Of a stretch of DNA of 60,668 nucleotides, positions 45,513-55,574 are shown one piece after another. The notes below the pieces were generated by a model, which was not told the origin of the DNA, ran no database searches, and worked only from the letters and a program-made list of their open reading frames with translations. Each line of letters begins with the position of its first letter. Position 1 is the first letter of the stretch. The position numbers and the translations under genes are program-made. This stretch comes from Acidimicrobiia bacterium (GTDB taxonomy: Bacteria; Actinomycetota; Acidimicrobiia; Spongiisociales; SHLN01): assembly GCA_041619515.1 (NCBI GenBank), contig JBFKDW010000008.1:1-60668 (forward strand), given 5' to 3'.

Positions 45513-46717
45513 CCCCCGATGCCCGAGTACAGCTCGAGCAGACGGTCCGCCGTGTAGTCCCAGGAGAACCTCTCGGAATGAGCGACCGCTCCTGCCGAAA
45601 GCCTCTCGGTCTCGCGCAGCACCCGATGAACCGCGTCGGCCCACACTCCCGGGTCGTACCCGTCGACGAGAAAGCCGCTGCTGCCGTGGTCGACTGCGTA
45701 GGCCAGGCCGCCCACGTTGGCGGCTACCACCGGCAAGCCGGACGCCTGGGCCTCTACAGCCACGAGCCCGAACGACTCCGAGCGGGACGGCACCAGCAAC
45801 ACATCGCTCGCCCGGAAGAAGTCGGCGAGGACGGCGTGCGGCTCCGGTGGCCGGAACACGACTCCGTCACCGATGCCACGCTGCGACGCCAGCTGACGGA
45901 GGTGGGCCATCTCGGCTTCCCCGGCGGGGCCGCTGGGCCCCCCGATTACGAGCAAGCGGGCGAGGGGGTGAGCGTCCCGCACCACAGCCAGAGTCTCGAT
46001 CGCGATGTCGAGCCCCTTGAGCGGCTGGATGCGACCCGCCACGACGAGGAGGGGGCCGAACTCGATTCCAAGGCGGCTGCGTGCCTCCTCGGTGGGGCCG
46101 GGTCGAAACACGGCGTGGTCGACACCGGGCGGGGATATGCAGATCGACTCCGGGTCGGTGCCGTAGTGCTCGACGAGATCTTCGAACTCGTACCGGGTGG
46201 AAGCGATGACGCAGTCGGCGAGCTCGATGACCTCCTGCTCGGTGGCGATCCGCAACAGGCTGGCGGGTGGTTGGCCGCGGACGAGGTTGGCATTCTTTAT
46301 CCGCCCGAGGGTGTGGAAGGAGTGGGCCAGCCCGGTGCCGAGCTGCTGCTTGACGATCACACCCGCCCAGCCGGACAACCAGTAGTGAGAATGGACGACG
46401 TCGTAGTCGGCGCGGTTGGCTCCGGCCCATTTCGCCACCCCGAGTGCGAACTCCTGGACCCCGTCGGCCAGATCGACGGTGGGCAGCGGCTCCTCGGGCC
46501 CGGCGGTGATGTGCACCACCCGGTACTGCTCGGCCACCATCACGTCCTCCGGCTGAGCCGGATCGGTGCGGCGGGTGAACACATCGATGGCAATGCCGCG
46601 GGAGGCGAGGGTGCGGGCGAGTCGATCGATGTACACGTTCATGCCGCCCGCGTCCCCGGAGCCGGGCTGGGCCAGTGGGGTCGTGTGCAGCGACAAGAAC
46701 GCCACCCGGTTGATCAT
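45509..46717 (-). CDS. mshA: D-inositol-3-phosphate glycosyltransferase (mycothiol biosynthesis)
   Basis: HTTPLAQPG.GDAGGMNVY, HSHYWLSG, GRIQPLKG and SESFGLVAVEAQA. Confidence 0.93.
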   Translation of the reverse strand: MINRVAFLSLHTTPLAQPGSGDAGGMNVYIDRLARTLASRGIAIDVFTRRTDPAQPEDVMVAEQYRVVHITAGPEEPLPTVDLADGVQEFALGVAKWAGANRADYDVVHSHYWLSGWAGVIVKQQLGTGLAHSFHTLGRIKNANLVRGQPPASLLRIATEQEVIELADCVIASTRYEFEDLVEHYGTDPESICISPPGVDHAVFRPGPTEEARSRLGIEFGPLLVVAGRIQPLKGLDIAIETLAVVRDAHPLARLLVIGGPSGPAGEAEMAHLRQLASQRGIGDGVVFRPPEPHAVLADFFRASDVLLVPSRSESFGLVAVEAQASGLPVVAANVGGLAYAVDHGSSGFLVDGYDPGVWADAVHRVLRETERLSAGAVAHSERFSWDYTADRLLELYSGIGG

Positions 46718-47610
46718 GTTCGTCCTTCCAGCGCGTACAGCGGGCGGGGGTGGGCTCCCAGCCGCAACTTATACGGCTCATCGCCCTTGAGGAAGTCGAA
46801 GATGGTGGCACCCGCCTCGATGGTCGACTCGATCAACAGGCCCAGCAGCACGATGCCGGGCGAAACATGCGCTCCCCGGGGATCGTACGCCGAGTTGTAC
46901 AGGTAGTAGCAGCCTGCGTCCTCGAAGCCGACTGATGCTGCCACCGCTTCGCCCGCCTCACCGGTGAGAATGTCGACGCGGGTCCCGGGAAGATCGGCGA
47001 CGTCACGGAAGAAGGACTCCCTCTCCGGAGTCATGAACGCTCCTTTCGCACCATCGGCTTTGCGGTGTAACTGGACAAACACGCCGATCGGATCAGCTGT
47101 TCCCCGGGCCAGCCGGGGCGCACCGAGCGCCTCGGTGAACCGTCGCCGCTTGCGGCGCAGTTCGTGCCTTTCTTTCTTGCTGAGGCCGGCAAGGAACAGT
47201 TGGAAGGTGGAGGGAAGGTCGAGCCGAAACGCCGCCTCATGCCGGGTCCGGGTGGCTCCCGAGTCGAGACCCGAGGCCAGCTCATCGGCGGCCTCGGCCG
47301 GAAGGGAATCGAGGCGAAACGGCGTCCCGCTCGGGTGCTCACGGAGATACCTGCCCAGCAGATCTCCGGCCCCGCTCCCCAGGGGACAGTGGTAGTCGGT
47401 CAGGTCCGGGTCGCCCACGAACGAGATCCCGCCGTCGGCTGCGCGCCACAGCGCCAGGAGGGCCGTGTCGCTCTCCACCAGCTGGAGCTGCCCAGTACCG
47501 AAATGGCGCCACCACAGCTGGAGGTAGGGACGGCGGACGAATACCGAGACATGCTCGGCCAGCGCGGGCAGACCAAACCCGGCGGTCGTCCAATCCTCGT
47601 GCACCCGCAC
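46714..47610 (-). CDS. GNAT acetyltransferase (CelD/BcsL-like)
   Basis: LSKK.R.ELRRK.RR, YNSAYD...SPG and FDFLKGDEPYK. Confidence 0.88.
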   Translation of the reverse strand: MRVHEDWTTAGFGLPALAEHVSVFVRRPYLQLWWRHFGTGQLQLVESDTALLALWRAADGGISFVGDPDLTDYHCPLGSGAGDLLGRYLREHPSGTPFRLDSLPAEAADELASGLDSGATRTRHEAAFRLDLPSTFQLFLAGLSKKERHELRRKRRRFTEALGAPRLARGTADPIGVFVQLHRKADGAKGAFMTPERESFFRDVADLPGTRVDILTGEAGEAVAASVGFEDAGCYYLYNSAYDPRGAHVSPGIVLLGLLIESTIEAGATIFDFLKGDEPYKLRLGAHPRPLYALEGRT

Positions 47611-47611
47611 G

Positions 47612-48547
47612 TCAGGGAAGTGCCGGCTCGTAGCTACCCACCACCACCCCGCCTCCCAGCAAGGGAGGTCGGGCGTGGATGGCGAGGCCCTCCCGGGCGA
47701 CCGGCTCGAGCACTCCCAGCCGGTCGAGTGCCTCGATCATCCCAACGTACAGCGGCAGGTTCGACCCGTCCCAGCATTTGCCGGCGAGTCCGAGCCTGCC
47801 GGTGAGGGCGACGCCGACGCAGGCCACCGCCCCGCCCTTCACCGCCGCCGGGAGCCACTGCATGAGGGCGGCCTCCGGGCGGTCGGTGTCGGAGGTGAGG
47901 GCGGGCATCGCCGTCATGGCTTCGCGTACCCTGGCAAAACGGTCATCGGTCGCCAGGTGCATGAAAGCAGTCGCCAGGCCCCGGGTGGTTCCCCGCACGG
48001 TGGGAAAGCCGCAGCCGTCCACGCCGACGGGAGCCACGTCCTCGCCGGAAACTTCCGAAGCCAACCTCAGGACCCGCTGCTGGTACGGATGGTCGAGCTC
48101 GAGGTACGTGTCGGTCGGCCAGCCGGCGGCGACACAGGCGGAGAGAGCGGCGGCATGCTTGCCGGAGCAGTTGTGATAGATGGCTCGCCGGCTTGGCTCG
48201 CCGTCGGCGATGAGCCGGTACCGGGCAGACGGCGATAGCGGCCGGTCCGGTGGGCAGCGGAGCGCGTCCTCGGCCAGCCCGGCATCGGCGAGCATTGCGG
48301 ACACCACCGCTCGGTGCACCGCCTGGCCCCCGTGGCTGGCAGCGGCGAGCGCGGTTTGCTCCCGGTTGAGGTCGGCTCCCGCCTCGAGGCTGATGGTGGC
48401 CTGAAAGGGCTTGAGGGCGGACCGGAAGAAGAACGGACGGTCGATATCGCCAAACTGCATGCGGAGTGACCCATCCGGCTCGACCGCGGCGATGGTTCCG
48501 TCGTGATAGCTCTCTGCGAGACCCGACCGAACGGCACGGGCGAGCAT
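47612..48547 (-). CDS. L-asparaginase II (Rhizobium-type)
   Basis: RSALKPFQA, SH.G, NCSGKH and DGCG.P. Confidence 0.9.
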   Translation of the reverse strand: MLARAVRSGLAESYHDGTIAAVEPDGSLRMQFGDIDRPFFFRSALKPFQATISLEAGADLNREQTALAAASHGGQAVHRAVVSAMLADAGLAEDALRCPPDRPLSPSARYRLIADGEPSRRAIYHNCSGKHAAALSACVAAGWPTDTYLELDHPYQQRVLRLASEVSGEDVAPVGVDGCGFPTVRGTTRGLATAFMHLATDDRFARVREAMTAMPALTSDTDRPEAALMQWLPAAVKGGAVACVGVALTGRLGLAGKCWDGSNLPLYVGMIEALDRLGVLEPVAREGLAIHARPPLLGGGVVVGSYEPALP

Positions 48548-48673
48548 CAGGAGGCCGCAGTGCTGCCGGCATCCCGGCGCCGGCCGCCCGTCGGGGCCGG
48601 CACCTCGCCGATCGGGGGATGGGGACACCGGAGCCCGCGCCGGCGAGGGGCGACCGCATCAATCAGAAGCCAC

Positions 48674-49213
48674 CTAGTCCGTGCGTCCGAGAATCTCGTC
48701 GAAATTGGCCAACCCCTCTTTGTAGCGCCTGGTGAGCTCGCTCTGGATGGAGTTGAACGCCTCCTGGACTTCGTGGCGCTGCTGAGAGATCTCGGCTTCG
48801 GTCTCGACGAGCGAGCGCTGAATCTGGTTGAGCTCATCATCCTCCACCAGGGCAATTCTGGTGAGAAAGTCGGCCTCGAGGACCTCGTCGATGTGCCGGC
48901 GCCGTTGTTCTGGCAGGTCGGGAAGCGTGACTCTGGTCGGCCGGCCACTCGGGTCGTACCCGTGAGCGCTGTCGGTGAGGATCTCCGGGAGCGCCTCGAT
49001 GAGGCTCCTGGTTTCCTCGCCGGAGCGGCGCCGGAGCTCGAACCCGAGCAGATCCATGCGGCCGTGGAGCATCCGGCGGTAATAGGAGAGCTCGTTCTCG
49101 ACGGCGTCGCACATGCGGCGCCGGTCCCGGAGGACGTCGAGCGAGAGATCGCCGAGGCCCTCCACGAAGGTGGGGTCCATGATTTGGTCGATACGACGCC
49201 GTTGCTCGGTCAT
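48674..49213 (-). CDS. rsiG: RsiG/AmfC family c-di-GMP-binding anti-sigma factor
   Basis: Twin motifs ENELSYYRRMLHGRMD and EAEISQQRHEVQEAFN; ELTRRYKEG; adjacent to an asparaginase gene. Confidence 0.85.
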   Translation of the reverse strand: MTEQRRRIDQIMDPTFVEGLGDLSLDVLRDRRRMCDAVENELSYYRRMLHGRMDLLGFELRRRSGEETRSLIEALPEILTDSAHGYDPSGRPTRVTLPDLPEQRRRHIDEVLEADFLTRIALVEDDELNQIQRSLVETEAEISQQRHEVQEAFNSIQSELTRRYKEGLANFDEILGRTD

Positions 49214-49221
49214 GCGCTCCC

Positions 49222-50307
49222 TCAGCAGTGCTCAACCAGCGTAGGATACGGGTTCACCGGCGGATTCCCACGACCTCCGGGATGAACTTGGAAATGCACA
49301 TGCGGCACGCCGCCCACAGCGTTGCCACTGTCGCCGTTGTATGCCACCACCTGACCGGCGTTCACCCGGCTGCCGTCCGAGAGATTCTCGGCATATCCGC
49401 TGAGGTGGGCGTAGTAGTACGAGGTTCCGTTGTCGGCGTCGAGCCACAAGCTGATACCGCCGAGATCCGAGTTTCGCTTGAGAATCGTGCCGCCGGCGAC
49501 GGCCTTGACGGGCTGGCCGTACGGAGCGACCACATCGGTCCCCTTGTGGGTACGGCCACCGGAGCGGGTATGCCCCCAGTCGTTCACGAATCGGTACGGC
49601 TGGTCGAAGAAGCAGACGAACCCGGCCGTGGCCGCAGCCGAGGCGCCGGCGGCAGCCCCCTCCAGCCGGGCGAGCTCGGTCAGCCGCCGCAGCCGCTCCT
49701 GCTCTGCCCGCCTCCGTTCCTGCTCGGCGAACTCCTCGCGCAGCTCCTCGTATTCGGTGTTGATGGCGTTGAACAGGAACTCGAACTCGGCCACGTATTC
49801 GGCCTGCTCCCGCTCGAGATCCTGGAGGGCCGCCTGGTCCTCTCTCAAGCGATCCTGCGTTGTCTCCAGCCCGTTGCGGACGGAGGTCAGGCGATCGAGC
49901 AGCGAGATCTCGTTCTGGGCCGCCCGTTCGAGAAATTCTCGTCCGGTGATGAGCTCGGTGAGATTGCTCGGGCCGAACACAACCCCGACACTGTTGGTGT
50001 TGCCGGCCTTGTAGGCGGCGACGGCCTGCTCCTGTACCTGGGCTCGCAACTCCTCGATGTCCCGTTGGTAGCTCGTGACGCGCTCTTCGAACTGCCCGAT
50101 GCGGTAGGTGACCTCGGACAGCTCGTGGTAGACCTCATCGTATTTGGTGATCACTTCATCGAGCCGGGCACTCGCCTCATCGCGCAGCCGGCGAGCCTCG
50201 TCGAGCTCGTCGCGCGACACCTGCGAAACGGCAGGAACCGCAGACGCCAGCATCGTCAACATCAGTGAGAGCGAAACAAAAAGCCGCCCGGTTTTGGTCA
50301 GGGACAT
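49222..50307 (-). CDS. Secreted coiled-coil M23 peptidoglycan endopeptidase
   Basis: Signal peptide, long coiled coil, HKGTD, YAHL and HVHF. Confidence 0.92.
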   Translation of the reverse strand: MSLTKTGRLFVSLSLMLTMLASAVPAVSQVSRDELDEARRLRDEASARLDEVITKYDEVYHELSEVTYRIGQFEERVTSYQRDIEELRAQVQEQAVAAYKAGNTNSVGVVFGPSNLTELITGREFLERAAQNEISLLDRLTSVRNGLETTQDRLREDQAALQDLEREQAEYVAEFEFLFNAINTEYEELREEFAEQERRRAEQERLRRLTELARLEGAAAGASAAATAGFVCFFDQPYRFVNDWGHTRSGGRTHKGTDVVAPYGQPVKAVAGGTILKRNSDLGGISLWLDADNGTSYYYAHLSGYAENLSDGSRVNAGQVVAYNGDSGNAVGGVPHVHFQVHPGGRGNPPVNPYPTLVEHC

Positions 50308-50368
50308 GCGGGAAACAAGGGTAGTGATGACCTAGAGATCGGCAAACGAATTGGCGAGTTGAGCCCTG

Positions 50369-51394
50369 CTAGGCCACCATGGCGAGGACGGCCCAGTACA
50401 CCGGAGCCGCCAACACCGCGGGATCGAGCGGCACGAAGAGGCCCGGAAGGTCTTCCAGCAGGAACAGGTCGCCGGTCCGCAGGGCCGAGCCGAATGCCCG
50501 TCCGGCCAGGAAGGCGGCGGCGACCGCAGCCGCTGCCAGGATCATGGCGAGCAGCGAAGTCTCCCAAACGACGCCTGCCGCCAGGCCCGCAACGAGGGCG
50601 GCAATCGCGGCCGCGGTGTGTGGATCGAGAAACCCGGCGTCTTCTGACCCGAGACGGAGCCACATCACGATGTGGGCCACGAGCAGCATGGCCAGGAAGG
50701 CTGTGATCCGGCTTTGTCCGTGGGCGCCCAGCCGAACCAACACAAGCGAGCCCGACGCAATCGTGACGACCACCGTCGCCAGCAGCGTTCCTCCGGCGGC
50801 ATCGATGGTGTGCATCGACGGCGCCAGCACTGCCCAGGCCAGAACGAGGAGGACACCGAGCGTGACGGCGACGCCGAGCCCCTCAGAGCTCCACGCCCAG
50901 GTGGCAGCGACGGTGCCGACGACGGCGATCAGCGCCGGCCACCGCACCAGGCCACTGTTGCGGCGGGATGCCTCGTCGAACGCATCCCATATCCAGACAC
51001 CGGCGATGCCGACAACGATGATGGCAAACCATCGGGCCGACCCGATATTGGCTGCGAGCAGAACCGCCCACACCAGTAGGGGAAGCACCGGTGTGCGCAG
51101 GACCGGCGTATCCACGCCCACCTGCTCGTGCTCGTGCCCGGGCCGTGCGTCATAGGTCGTGCCACCGGAGACCGGCGGCAACACGGCCACCTCGTCGCTC
51201 TCGCCCACCGGAGTGGCCGCCACGGCCGGTTCCCCGTTCACCCACACCTTGGCCGTCGCCAGCCCTCGCTCGAAGTCGGATCCGTAGGCCTCCGCCGCCG
51301 CCGCCAGCACCTTTTCCACCGAGTCACCGGCGAATTCGACCTCGGAGGCTCCCGCAGCCTGGCGAAGTCCGGCGAACAGCCGAAGCCGAGCCAT
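50369..51394 (-). CDS. MoaD/ThiS ubiquitin-like domain fused to a polytopic membrane domain resembling degenerate CdsA
   Basis: LFAGLRQAAG...VNGE...DEVAVLPPVSGG followed in frame by about 8 TM segments ending LD..VLAAPVYW. Confidence 0.8.
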   Translation of the reverse strand: MARLRLFAGLRQAAGASEVEFAGDSVEKVLAAAAEAYGSDFERGLATAKVWVNGEPAVAATPVGESDEVAVLPPVSGGTTYDARPGHEHEQVGVDTPVLRTPVLPLLVWAVLLAANIGSARWFAIIVVGIAGVWIWDAFDEASRRNSGLVRWPALIAVVGTVAATWAWSSEGLGVAVTLGVLLVLAWAVLAPSMHTIDAAGGTLLATVVVTIASGSLVLVRLGAHGQSRITAFLAMLLVAHIVMWLRLGSEDAGFLDPHTAAAIAALVAGLAAGVVWETSLLAMILAAAAVAAAFLAGRAFGSALRTGDLFLLEDLPGLFVPLDPAVLAAPVYWAVLAMVA

Positions 51395-51591
51395 CAGATC
51401 CCAGCCTTCGACGACAACATTGCCCGCAACGAACGCAGCACGAAACTCCTTCCCGGGCCAGAGGTTAGACGCCCGGCCCCGGCAAGCATGGTTGCCCGTC
51501 ACAGGGGACGAAGCCACGCCCCGGAATACTCTCCATCAAGGTATAGGCTGGAACTGTCGAAAAACCCAGGACCGAAGCTATCAACAGGGGT

Positions 51592-52956
51592 TTGACTGTG
51601 GACACATTCGATCCGGACCCGTTTGGACAGGTCGGCGGAGGCCAGGTGGCGGCGCCGATGCCCGAGCAGCCGGCGCAAGGCAACCGGACTCGCAAGCTGA
51701 TGCTTGGCGGCCTCCTCGCGCTCGCCGTCATCGCGATCGCGGCGGTGGCTTTCGCGACGATGAACGCCGGCCGCAGCAACGACGGCGCCGAGTCACCCAC
51801 AGCCGCCATGGAGAAGTTCTTCGCCGGGCTGAACGACGAGGACCTCGTTGCCGCCGTCGACGCCTTCCTGCCGGGCGAGGCCGACCCCGTCCTCAGCTAC
51901 GCCGGCGCCATCGGCAGCGAGCTGCAGCGCTTGGATGTGGTGACCAGAATCGATCCCCAGGGCATCGCCGGAATCGACGTCGAGTTCACCGATCTCGAGT
52001 TCCGGACCGAAGAGATCGCGCCCGGATTCGTGCGTGTCTACCTCACCAACGGCGACGCCTTCATGGACATCGATCAGGCCGAACTGCCACTCGGCAGCCT
52101 CATCCTCGACAACCTCCCCCCCGATGCCCTGGCCGAGTTCTCTCAGGATCTCCCCCCACAATCCGAGAGCATGGCGGGCAGCGACTTCTACATGGTGGCC
52201 GTCGAGGATGACGGGTGGTACCTGTCGGTGTGGTACACGATGATGGATCTCATCTTCTCTGAGACCGGATACGGCACGCCGGCGTTCGGGTCGGGCATGG
52301 AGGCGATCGGAGCCGGCACTCCGGAAGAGGCAGTTGAAGCCGCCTTCCGTGAGCTGCTCTCCCTCGACCTCGCAGGGCTCATCGGGATGCTTCCGCCCGA
52401 AGAGATGCGGGCGTTGTATGACTACATGCCGCTGGTGATGGACGATTACAACGAGACGGTCGGCGCCTTCGCCAGTTTCGCGACCGTAGACCTGACGGCT
52501 CTGGGAACGTCGGTTTCGGACGCACAGGGCGGTGCGAAGCGGGTCAAGATCGAATCGTTCGACATCACGTTCAGCTCGTTCTTCCTCGAGATCGACGGTG
52601 TGATCAGCTTCGACGGTACGTGCTTCGACATCTCGATAAACGACGCCGGAGGGGCCCTGAGCGGTTTCGGAACCGAGATCCCCGACCATATCAACACGTG
52701 CGACCCGGAAACCGCCGACCTGCTCGGGTCGGGCATGACCGGAGTCGAGACCCCCGATTTCCTCAGCGACCTCGGCGACGCCAACACGGGAGTCGTCACC
52801 GTCGAGGAGGACGGGCGGTGGTACGTCAGTCCGACCGAAACTCTCGGCGACGCGATGCTCCAGGGCCTGAAGATCTGGGACCGGGACACACTGCAGGAGT
52901 ACATCGACTGGCTCATCGAGATCGGCAGTGGAGCAAATTCTGCGCAGCTCTTCTAG
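51592..52956 (+). CDS. Membrane-anchored acidic extracellular hypothetical protein
   Basis: Single TM after RTRK; two similar halves (SP..A.E / TPEEAVE ... EDDGWY / EEDGRWY). Confidence 0.8.
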   Translation: MTVDTFDPDPFGQVGGGQVAAPMPEQPAQGNRTRKLMLGGLLALAVIAIAAVAFATMNAGRSNDGAESPTAAMEKFFAGLNDEDLVAAVDAFLPGEADPVLSYAGAIGSELQRLDVVTRIDPQGIAGIDVEFTDLEFRTEEIAPGFVRVYLTNGDAFMDIDQAELPLGSLILDNLPPDALAEFSQDLPPQSESMAGSDFYMVAVEDDGWYLSVWYTMMDLIFSETGYGTPAFGSGMEAIGAGTPEEAVEAAFRELLSLDLAGLIGMLPPEEMRALYDYMPLVMDDYNETVGAFASFATVDLTALGTSVSDAQGGAKRVKIESFDITFSSFFLEIDGVISFDGTCFDISINDAGGALSGFGTEIPDHINTCDPETADLLGSGMTGVETPDFLSDLGDANTGVVTVEEDGRWYVSPTETLGDAMLQGLKIWDRDTLQEYIDWLIEIGSGANSAQLF

Positions 52957-52974
52957 CCGGGGAACGGTGGTCGT

Positions 52975-54273
52975 TTGACGACAGGAGGCCGGCAGCGCCG
53001 GCGTCTCACTGCTACCGAGACGGACCTGGGCGTTGCCCGCCAGCGCGCGTTCCTGGTCAGCGTGGTCGTCAAGGGCATCACCGAGCATGAGGCCGACCTG
53101 TCGATCGAGGAACTCGGACGGCTGACACTGACGGCCGGGTCGGATCCCGAGGGCCGCGCCGTGCTGCACCGCGACCGCATCGACCCCGCAACCTTCATCG
53201 GTACCGGCCAGGCACAGCGGCTGCAGCGTGAGGCGACCGCAGCAGACGTCGACGTGGTGGTGTTCGACAACGCCCTCAGCCCGGTCCAGCAGCGCAACCT
53301 CCAGGAGATCTTCGGCTGCGACGTGGTGGACCGCACTGCGGTGATCCTCGACATTTTCGCTCAGCACGCCACGTCGAAGGCGGGCATGCTCCAGGTCGAG
53401 CTTGCGCAGTTGCGCTACCGGCTCCCCCGTCTGCGTGGGCGGGGGATCGCCATGAGCCGCCTGGCCGGCGGCATCGGGACCCGCGGCCCCGGCGAGACCA
53501 AGCTGGAGACCGACCGCCGCCGTATCGGCACGCGCATCTCCAAGCTCGAGCGGGAGCTGGCTCACATCGTGAAGGTCCGCCGGACCCAGCGCAAGGCCAG
53601 GAGCAAGGCCGAGGCGACCGTCGCCGCACTCGTCGGGTACACCAACGCCGGGAAATCCACCCTCTTGAACGCCCTCACCGACGCCGAGGCGCTGACGGAG
53701 GATCAGCTGTTCTCGACGGTCGACCCCACGGTACGCCGCCTCGAACTTGCCTCGGGCCCGGTGTTGCTCTCCGACACGGTGGGCTTCGTGCGTGACCTTC
53801 CCCACGAGCTGGTCGAAGCGTTCCGGTCGACGCTGGAGCAAATCTCGGAGGCCGACGTGCTGCTTCATGTCGTGGATGCATCCGATCCCGAACCGGAGCG
53901 CCAGATCGCCGCGGTCCACGAGGTGCTGGGGGAGATTGGTGCCCTCGGGCTTCCGGAGCTCATCGTCTTCAACAAGGCGGACATCGCTCCAGCGTCTGTT
54001 GTGCAGCGCTTGCTGGCGCTGCACGAGGGCTCGATAGCGCTGTCGGCTCGCCAGGGCAGCGGGCTGGATGCGCTGCGCAACCGGCTCGCCGAGGCCGGCC
54101 GCGCCGATCACGTGGTGGCCTCGTTCGTCGTTCCGTACGGCCACGGCGAGGTCGTTGCCGGCCTCCATCGCCACGGCGAGATACTGGAAGAGGTATTCGC
54201 CGACGAGGCGACCCATCTCAAGGTGCGCGGGCCGGTCGGCGCCCTGCACCAATACGACGATTACCGCTCCTAG
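52975..54273 (+). CDS. hflX: GTPase HflX
   Basis: ILDIFAQHA, GIGTRGPGETKLE, GYTNAGKS, DTVGF and NKAD. Confidence 0.96.
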   Translation: MTTGGRQRRRLTATETDLGVARQRAFLVSVVVKGITEHEADLSIEELGRLTLTAGSDPEGRAVLHRDRIDPATFIGTGQAQRLQREATAADVDVVVFDNALSPVQQRNLQEIFGCDVVDRTAVILDIFAQHATSKAGMLQVELAQLRYRLPRLRGRGIAMSRLAGGIGTRGPGETKLETDRRRIGTRISKLERELAHIVKVRRTQRKARSKAEATVAALVGYTNAGKSTLLNALTDAEALTEDQLFSTVDPTVRRLELASGPVLLSDTVGFVRDLPHELVEAFRSTLEQISEADVLLHVVDASDPEPERQIAAVHEVLGEIGALGLPELIVFNKADIAPASVVQRLLALHEGSIALSARQGSGLDALRNRLAEAGRADHVVASFVVPYGHGEVVAGLHRHGEILEEVFADEATHLKVRGPVGALHQYDDYRS

Positions 54274-54301
54274 ACACCCCGCTGCTTCCTACACTCCGGC
54301 C

Positions 54302-54934
54302 ATGCGCAGACTCCTCATCGCCCTGACCGTGATCGGGGTGTCGTGCAGCGGAGGCGAGGCCGGCACCACCGTTGCCCCGACCACGCCCACCACCGTTGCA
54401 GCCACAACCACCACCACCACCGCGACCCCGGCCACCACCACCACCTCCACGACCGCGCCCTCTACTACCACCACCACTACCGTCCCCGAGGGTCTCGTAG
54501 TGTTCACTCATGAGCGTTTCAGCCTCCGGTATCCGGACACCTGGACCGAGAACCCCGAGTTCCCCGGTGACGGGGTCGCCTTCGTCGAGGACCACACTGC
54601 GTTTGCGCTGCCGGCAACGTCGTTCTCCGTGACCATGGAAACCCGGGAGCCGGGCTTCGACCTCGACGAGCACATCGACCGCCTCCAGGAGGACCTGGCG
54701 TTCTTCGTGCCCGACTTCCGGGTGCTCGAGTCCGGCGAGGAGACGATCGACGGCGTCCGATCGCTGTGGTTCCAGTACGCCGAGGACTTCGACGGGTTCC
54801 CGACCGTGATACGCGAGCAGGTGGCGTTGCGCGAGGATGTGCTGGTGTCCTTCACACTCATCTCGCCCGTCGAGTTCTTCGAGTTCGACGTCGATCAGGC
54901 GGTCCAGGTCGTCGAAAGCTTCCGGTTCGCATGA
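54302..54934 (+). CDS. Lipoprotein with Thr-rich linker and PsbP/Mog1-like domain
   Basis: MRRLLIAL...SCSG; poly-Thr linker; FSLRYP..W. Confidence 0.75.
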   Translation: MRRLLIALTVIGVSCSGGEAGTTVAPTTPTTVAATTTTTTATPATTTTSTTAPSTTTTTTVPEGLVVFTHERFSLRYPDTWTENPEFPGDGVAFVEDHTAFALPATSFSVTMETREPGFDLDEHIDRLQEDLAFFVPDFRVLESGEETIDGVRSLWFQYAEDFDGFPTVIREQVALREDVLVSFTLISPVEFFEFDVDQAVQVVESFRFA

Positions 54935-55554
54935 TGGGCCGCCCCGACTACACCGGGCCTCCGCTCGACCCTTCGGAAATGGCGCCCGAGCCCATGGCCG
55001 AGTTCCAGCGCTGGTTCGATGCGGCCGTGGAGGCGGGTCTTGCAGAGCCGAACACGATGAGTCTGGCAACGGTCTCCGGGGAGCATCCGTCGCTGCGGGC
55101 GGTGCTGGTCAAGAGCTTCGATGCATCGGGCTTCGTGTTCTTCACCAACTACGAGAGCCGCAAGGGTCGCGAGCTGAGCGCCAACCCGCACGCCGCCGCC
55201 AGCTTCACCTGGCTGGAGCTGCATCGCCAGGTGCGGATCGAAGGCACCGTCGCCAGGATCGAGGAGGCGGAGTCCGACGCCTATTACGCAAGCCGCCCGC
55301 GGGGTGCACAGCTGGCAGCCGGCATCTCTCGCCAGAGCGAAGTGATCTCGGATCGAGCCGCCATCGAGAGCGCGTTCGAGGCCGCTGCCGAGAAATTCGC
55401 CGATCGACCAATACCGCGCCCCGTCCACTGGGGTGGTCTCCGCCTGCGGCCGGAGGTGATGGAATTCTGGCAGGGCCGACCCGATCGGCTCCACGACCGC
55501 ATCCGCTACCGGCGAGAGGATGTCGACTGGATACAGGAGCGGCTGTCGCCCTAG
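54931..55554 (+). CDS. pdxH: Pyridoxamine 5'-phosphate oxidase
   Basis: FFTNYESRKG, RQVRIEG, EFWQGR..RLHDR and RLSP. Confidence 0.96.
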   Translation: MMGRPDYTGPPLDPSEMAPEPMAEFQRWFDAAVEAGLAEPNTMSLATVSGEHPSLRAVLVKSFDASGFVFFTNYESRKGRELSANPHAAASFTWLELHRQVRIEGTVARIEEAESDAYYASRPRGAQLAAGISRQSEVISDRAAIESAFEAAAEKFADRPIPRPVHWGGLRLRPEVMEFWQGRPDRLHDRIRYRREDVDWIQERLSP

Positions 55555-55574
55555 TTCGGGCGGGCCAGAAACGG

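Noticed and set aside
51577..51605. Two DnaA-box-like 9-mers (CTATCAACA and reverse GTGTCCACA)
   Set aside because: Only two imperfect matches, one inside a coding start; plausible by chance.
51793..54252. Long antisense ORFs (this 819-aa one, also 1651-3369, 24216-26186, 36229-38229)
   Set aside because: Shadows of real genes on the opposite strand in high-GC DNA, with no recognisable motifs.
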